DNA from: Nitrospirota bacterium
GTDB lineage: Bacteria; Nitrospirota; UBA9217
NCBI GenBank assembly: GCA_021814615.1
Contig: JAKAHZ010000004.1
Span: 6,246-70,245 of the forward strand
Direction: 5' to 3'
DNA length: 64,000 bases
The notes under the pieces are model-generated. The model did no database searches. It had not been told where the DNA came from and worked only from the letters and a program-made list of their open reading frames with translations. Shown one piece after another: positions 61,507-64,000 of this stretch. Positions within the stretch are counted from its first letter, which is position 1. Each line of letters opens with the position of its first letter. A program made the translations under genes and the position numbers.

Positions 61507-61872
61507 ATGAAAGTTAAATATGGAACCAAGGCCGTGAAGCAGGCGAAACTGGAGACCTGGGACAATCCGTCGCCGGACCGGGACTATGTGATCGAGATCA
61601 GCTATCCCGAGTTCACCTGTCTCTGCCCGCGTTCGGGGTACCCGGACTTCGCCGAGATCGCCATCTCCTACGTGCCGGACAAGAAGATCGTGGAGCTCAA
61701 GGCGCTGAAACTCTGGCTGAACGGGTTCCGCGACCGCTCCATCTCCCATGAGGCCGTGACGAACCTGATCTTCGACGAGCTGAACCGGACCCTGCAGCCC
61801 CGCGAGCTCGAGGTAACCGGCGACTTCAACGTCCGCGGCAATGTGAAGACCGTCATCCGTGTCGCGCTCTGA
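61507..61872 (+). CDS. queF: NADPH-dependent 7-cyano-7-deazaguanine reductase (type I)
   Basis: QueF motifs E(F)[13 protein letters not shown] and a conserved E..K..L. Length 121 aa. Confidence 0.85.
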   Translation: MKVKYGTKAVKQAKLETWDNPSPDRDYVIEISYPEFTCLCPRSGYPDFAEIAISYVPDKKIVELKALKLWLNGFRDRSISHEAVTNLIFDELNRTLQPRELEVTGDFNVRGNVKTVIRVAL

Positions 61873-62007
61873 CGCGCATCCACAGGAACGAATTACCCGA
61901 TCATCCGGAGTGGCACGGGAACTTCGGCCGGAGCTTTCGGGTCGGCGGATGAGGTATAATGGCATTGCACGGGAGAGATCAACGCGAGTTGTTGTGAAGG
62001 AGCGGGT

Positions 62008-62391
62008 ATGTTCGGATTGGGAGTCCCTGAGCTGATCGTCATTTTCGTTATTGCCCTGATCGTTTTTGGGCCGAAGAAGCTGCCGGAACTGGGCAAGGCC
62101 CTGGGCAAGGGCATCGCCGAGTTCAAGCGCGCTTCGCAGGAGATGAAGGATACGATCGAGACCGAGGTGCGGAACGCTGAACACTCCATCGATTTGAAGA
62201 AATTGAAGGACGACGTGGAGGGCATCCAGACGGATATCAAGAAGGAACTGGCCGAGGCTGTAAAGCCCGCGCCTGCTGCGGCGGAACAGCCAGCCCCGGA
62301 AGGAACCCAACCGGCACAGACCGCGTCCTCCGGTGAAGCGAGCGCTGAAACCAACAAGGAGAAATCCGTCGATCCCTATGGCAAATCCTGA
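62008..62391 (+). CDS. tatA: Twin-arginine translocase TatA/TatB-family subunit
   Basis: N-terminus [35 protein letters not shown] plus an amphipathic helix and acidic tail. Confidence 0.85.
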   Translation: MFGLGVPELIVIFVIALIVFGPKKLPELGKALGKGIAEFKRASQEMKDTIETEVRNAEHSIDLKKLKDDVEGIQTDIKKELAEAVKPAPAAAEQPAPEGTQPAQTASSGEASAETNKEKSVDPYGKS

Positions 62392-63184
62392 AGAAGGCAA
62401 GATGTCGTTCTGGTCCCATCTTGAAGAACTCCGGAAACGACTGGTCAACATGGCCATTGCCATCGGTATCGGCTTTATCCTCTGCTTTTCCTATTCCGAA
62501 GAAATTCTCGGGCTGTTGCTGCTGCCGATGAATGCCACGGTGAATTACGGGCTGACATTCCCCTTTATCACCTTCACGCCCAACAAGACCGTCCAGACAC
62601 TTCACTTTACCACGCTGACCGAACCCTTCATGGCCCATCTCAAGATCGGCTTGGTCGCCGGCATCATCCTCGTTGTCCCGTTCCTTCTCCGCCAGGTCTG
62701 GCTCTTCATCGCGCCGGGGCTTCTGCCGCGGGAGCGGCGGTATGCCGGACAGTTCGTCTTTTTCTCCACGCTCTTCTTCGCGGCCGGCGTGGCGTTCTGC
62801 TTCCTCCTTCTGCTGCCCAGCGCGGTGCCGTTCCTTATCTCCTACAAGACCGAACACCTGACGCCCATCATCAAGATCGGCGATTATATCAGCTTCACGC
62901 TCACCTTCATGCTCGCCACGGGCGCCGTGTTCGAGCTGCCGCTCCTCATGATCCTGCTCGGACGCATGGGCATCATCCAGACGGAAAGCCTGACCAAGTT
63001 CCGCAAGTATGCCTTCCTGATCGCGTTCATCATCGGCGGCATCGTGACGCCCACGCCCGATCCCTTCAACATGACCATCATGTCCATCCCCATCTATCTG
63101 CTGTACGAGCTGGGCATCCTCGGCGTCCGCATCCTCGGCAGGCCGAAGCAGGGCTCTGACGAAACATCGTCGACAGAGACATAG
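62378..63184 (+). CDS. tatC: Twin-arginine translocase subunit TatC
   Basis: Six TM segments. N-terminus [13 protein letters not shown]. The start is either 62378 or 62402. Confidence 0.85.
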   Translation: MANPEEGKMSFWSHLEELRKRLVNMAIAIGIGFILCFSYSEEILGLLLLPMNATVNYGLTFPFITFTPNKTVQTLHFTTLTEPFMAHLKIGLVAGIILVVPFLLRQVWLFIAPGLLPRERRYAGQFVFFSTLFFAAGVAFCFLLLLPSAVPFLISYKTEHLTPIIKIGDYISFTLTFMLATGAVFELPLLMILLGRMGIIQTESLTKFRKYAFLIAFIIGGIVTPTPDPFNMTIMSIPIYLLYELGILGVRILGRPKQGSDETSSTET

Positions 63185-63450
63185 GTAATAAACACTGACG
63201 CATATGAACCGCGAAGCCGCCCCCGAGTTAATCATTCGAGGGCAGGCTGCGGACGCGAAGAATTCCAATTACGAAATAGCTTCAACGCTGATTGACGCTG
63301 AGAGAATATGAAGAGTCCTGATACTGCTTTATCAGCGTAATTCATTGGTTTTCTCATAGCTTTTTCAGCGTTTCATTGGTGTTCGTCTTCCCCTCGCGCG
63401 CTAGGCGTCTCGGCGATTGACGCTTGGTATGGTTTCTTGAAAAGGTTCCC

Positions 63451-63942
63451 ATGAAAACCGTTTCCTTCATCGCGGCGAAGTCGGGCAGCGGCAAGACCAC
63501 CTTGATCGAGAAGATCGTGCCGCTCTTGAAGGCCCGGGGCCTCCGGGTGGCGGTGATCAAGCACGCGTCGAAGGGATTCGACCTGGACCGGCAGGGAAAG
63601 GACTCCTGGCGGTTCCGTGAAGCGGGCGCAGATACGGTCCTGCTCGTGGGGCCCGGGGGGCTCGCGCTGCAGCAGCGGCTGGACAGCCGGCCGGCCCTTG
63701 CCGATCTGGAGCGCATGGCGGGGAACGCGGACGTCATCATCACGGAAGGATTCAAAGCCGAAGCGAAGAACCGGATCGAGGTCTTCCGCGAGGGAGTGTC
63801 CGGCGAAAGGCCGCTCGCGAGCAGCGACGCGTCGATACTCGCCATCGCCAGCGATCGGAGGTTCGATCTCGGCATTCCGTGGCTCGACCTGAACGATGCA
63901 GCGGGAGTCGCCGCATTTATCGCGAGCAAATTGCAATTGTAA
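63451..63942 (+). CDS. mobB: Molybdopterin-guanine dinucleotide biosynthesis adapter protein MobB
   Basis: Walker A motif SGSGKTTL. MobB-length P-loop protein. Start taken at MKTVSF. Confidence 0.75.
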   Translation: MKTVSFIAAKSGSGKTTLIEKIVPLLKARGLRVAVIKHASKGFDLDRQGKDSWRFREAGADTVLLVGPGGLALQQRLDSRPALADLERMAGNADVIITEGFKAEAKNRIEVFREGVSGERPLASSDASILAIASDRRFDLGIPWLDLNDAAGVAAFIASKLQL

Positions 63943-64000
63943 CATGATGTGAAACGACGATTGAATGCGGGAAATCGCGTTTTTCGTTGACTTGATCTGC

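Overview
High-GC (~60-65%) chromosomal segment, probably from an anaerobic metal-respiring bacterium (Desulfuromonadota/Geobacter-like, by gene content). It mixes conserved housekeeping blocks with several accessory islands.

Housekeeping blocks:
- argB; hslU-hslV-xerC and dprA-smg-topA, which is a B. subtilis-like dprA-topA...codV-clpQ-clpY synteny interrupted by a hybrid histidine kinase + PBP module.
- nth; rpsF-ssb-rpsR-DUF2232; tatA-tatC; queF; mobB.
- two tetR-controlled units, one of them emrA/emrB-like.
- an ECF sigma / anti-sigma / CpxP-Spy-like envelope-stress module; a GGDEF cyclase.

Accessory features:
1. At the 5' end, a porin-cytochrome-like extracellular electron-transfer cluster: two paralogous large lipoprotein multiheme cytochromes, a beta-barrel protein with a tandem-repeat Ala/Pro tail, a periplasmic pentaheme cytochrome, and a lipoprotein cytochrome with CX4CH motifs.
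2. A convergent pair of paralogous multiheme cytochromes, one expanded to ~23 hemes by nine 135-nt tandem diheme repeats.
3. An rSAM/selenodomain (ArsS-like) cluster whose radical SAM gene ends at an in-frame TGA followed by a SECIS-like hairpin (candidate selenoprotein).
4. An exosortase-family gene with a single adjacent low-complexity target carrying a non-canonical C-terminal sorting signal.
5. Three tandem ~1000-aa paralogous lipoproteins with poly-Gly linkers, conserved N-termini and divergent beta-propeller-like C-termini.
6. Gene remnants (a TolC-like pseudogene, a CpxP-like fragment) and a ~450-bp AT-rich island.

No rRNA, tRNA or CRISPR arrays were recognised. All calls are from reading the sequence and ORF translations; no database searches were run.
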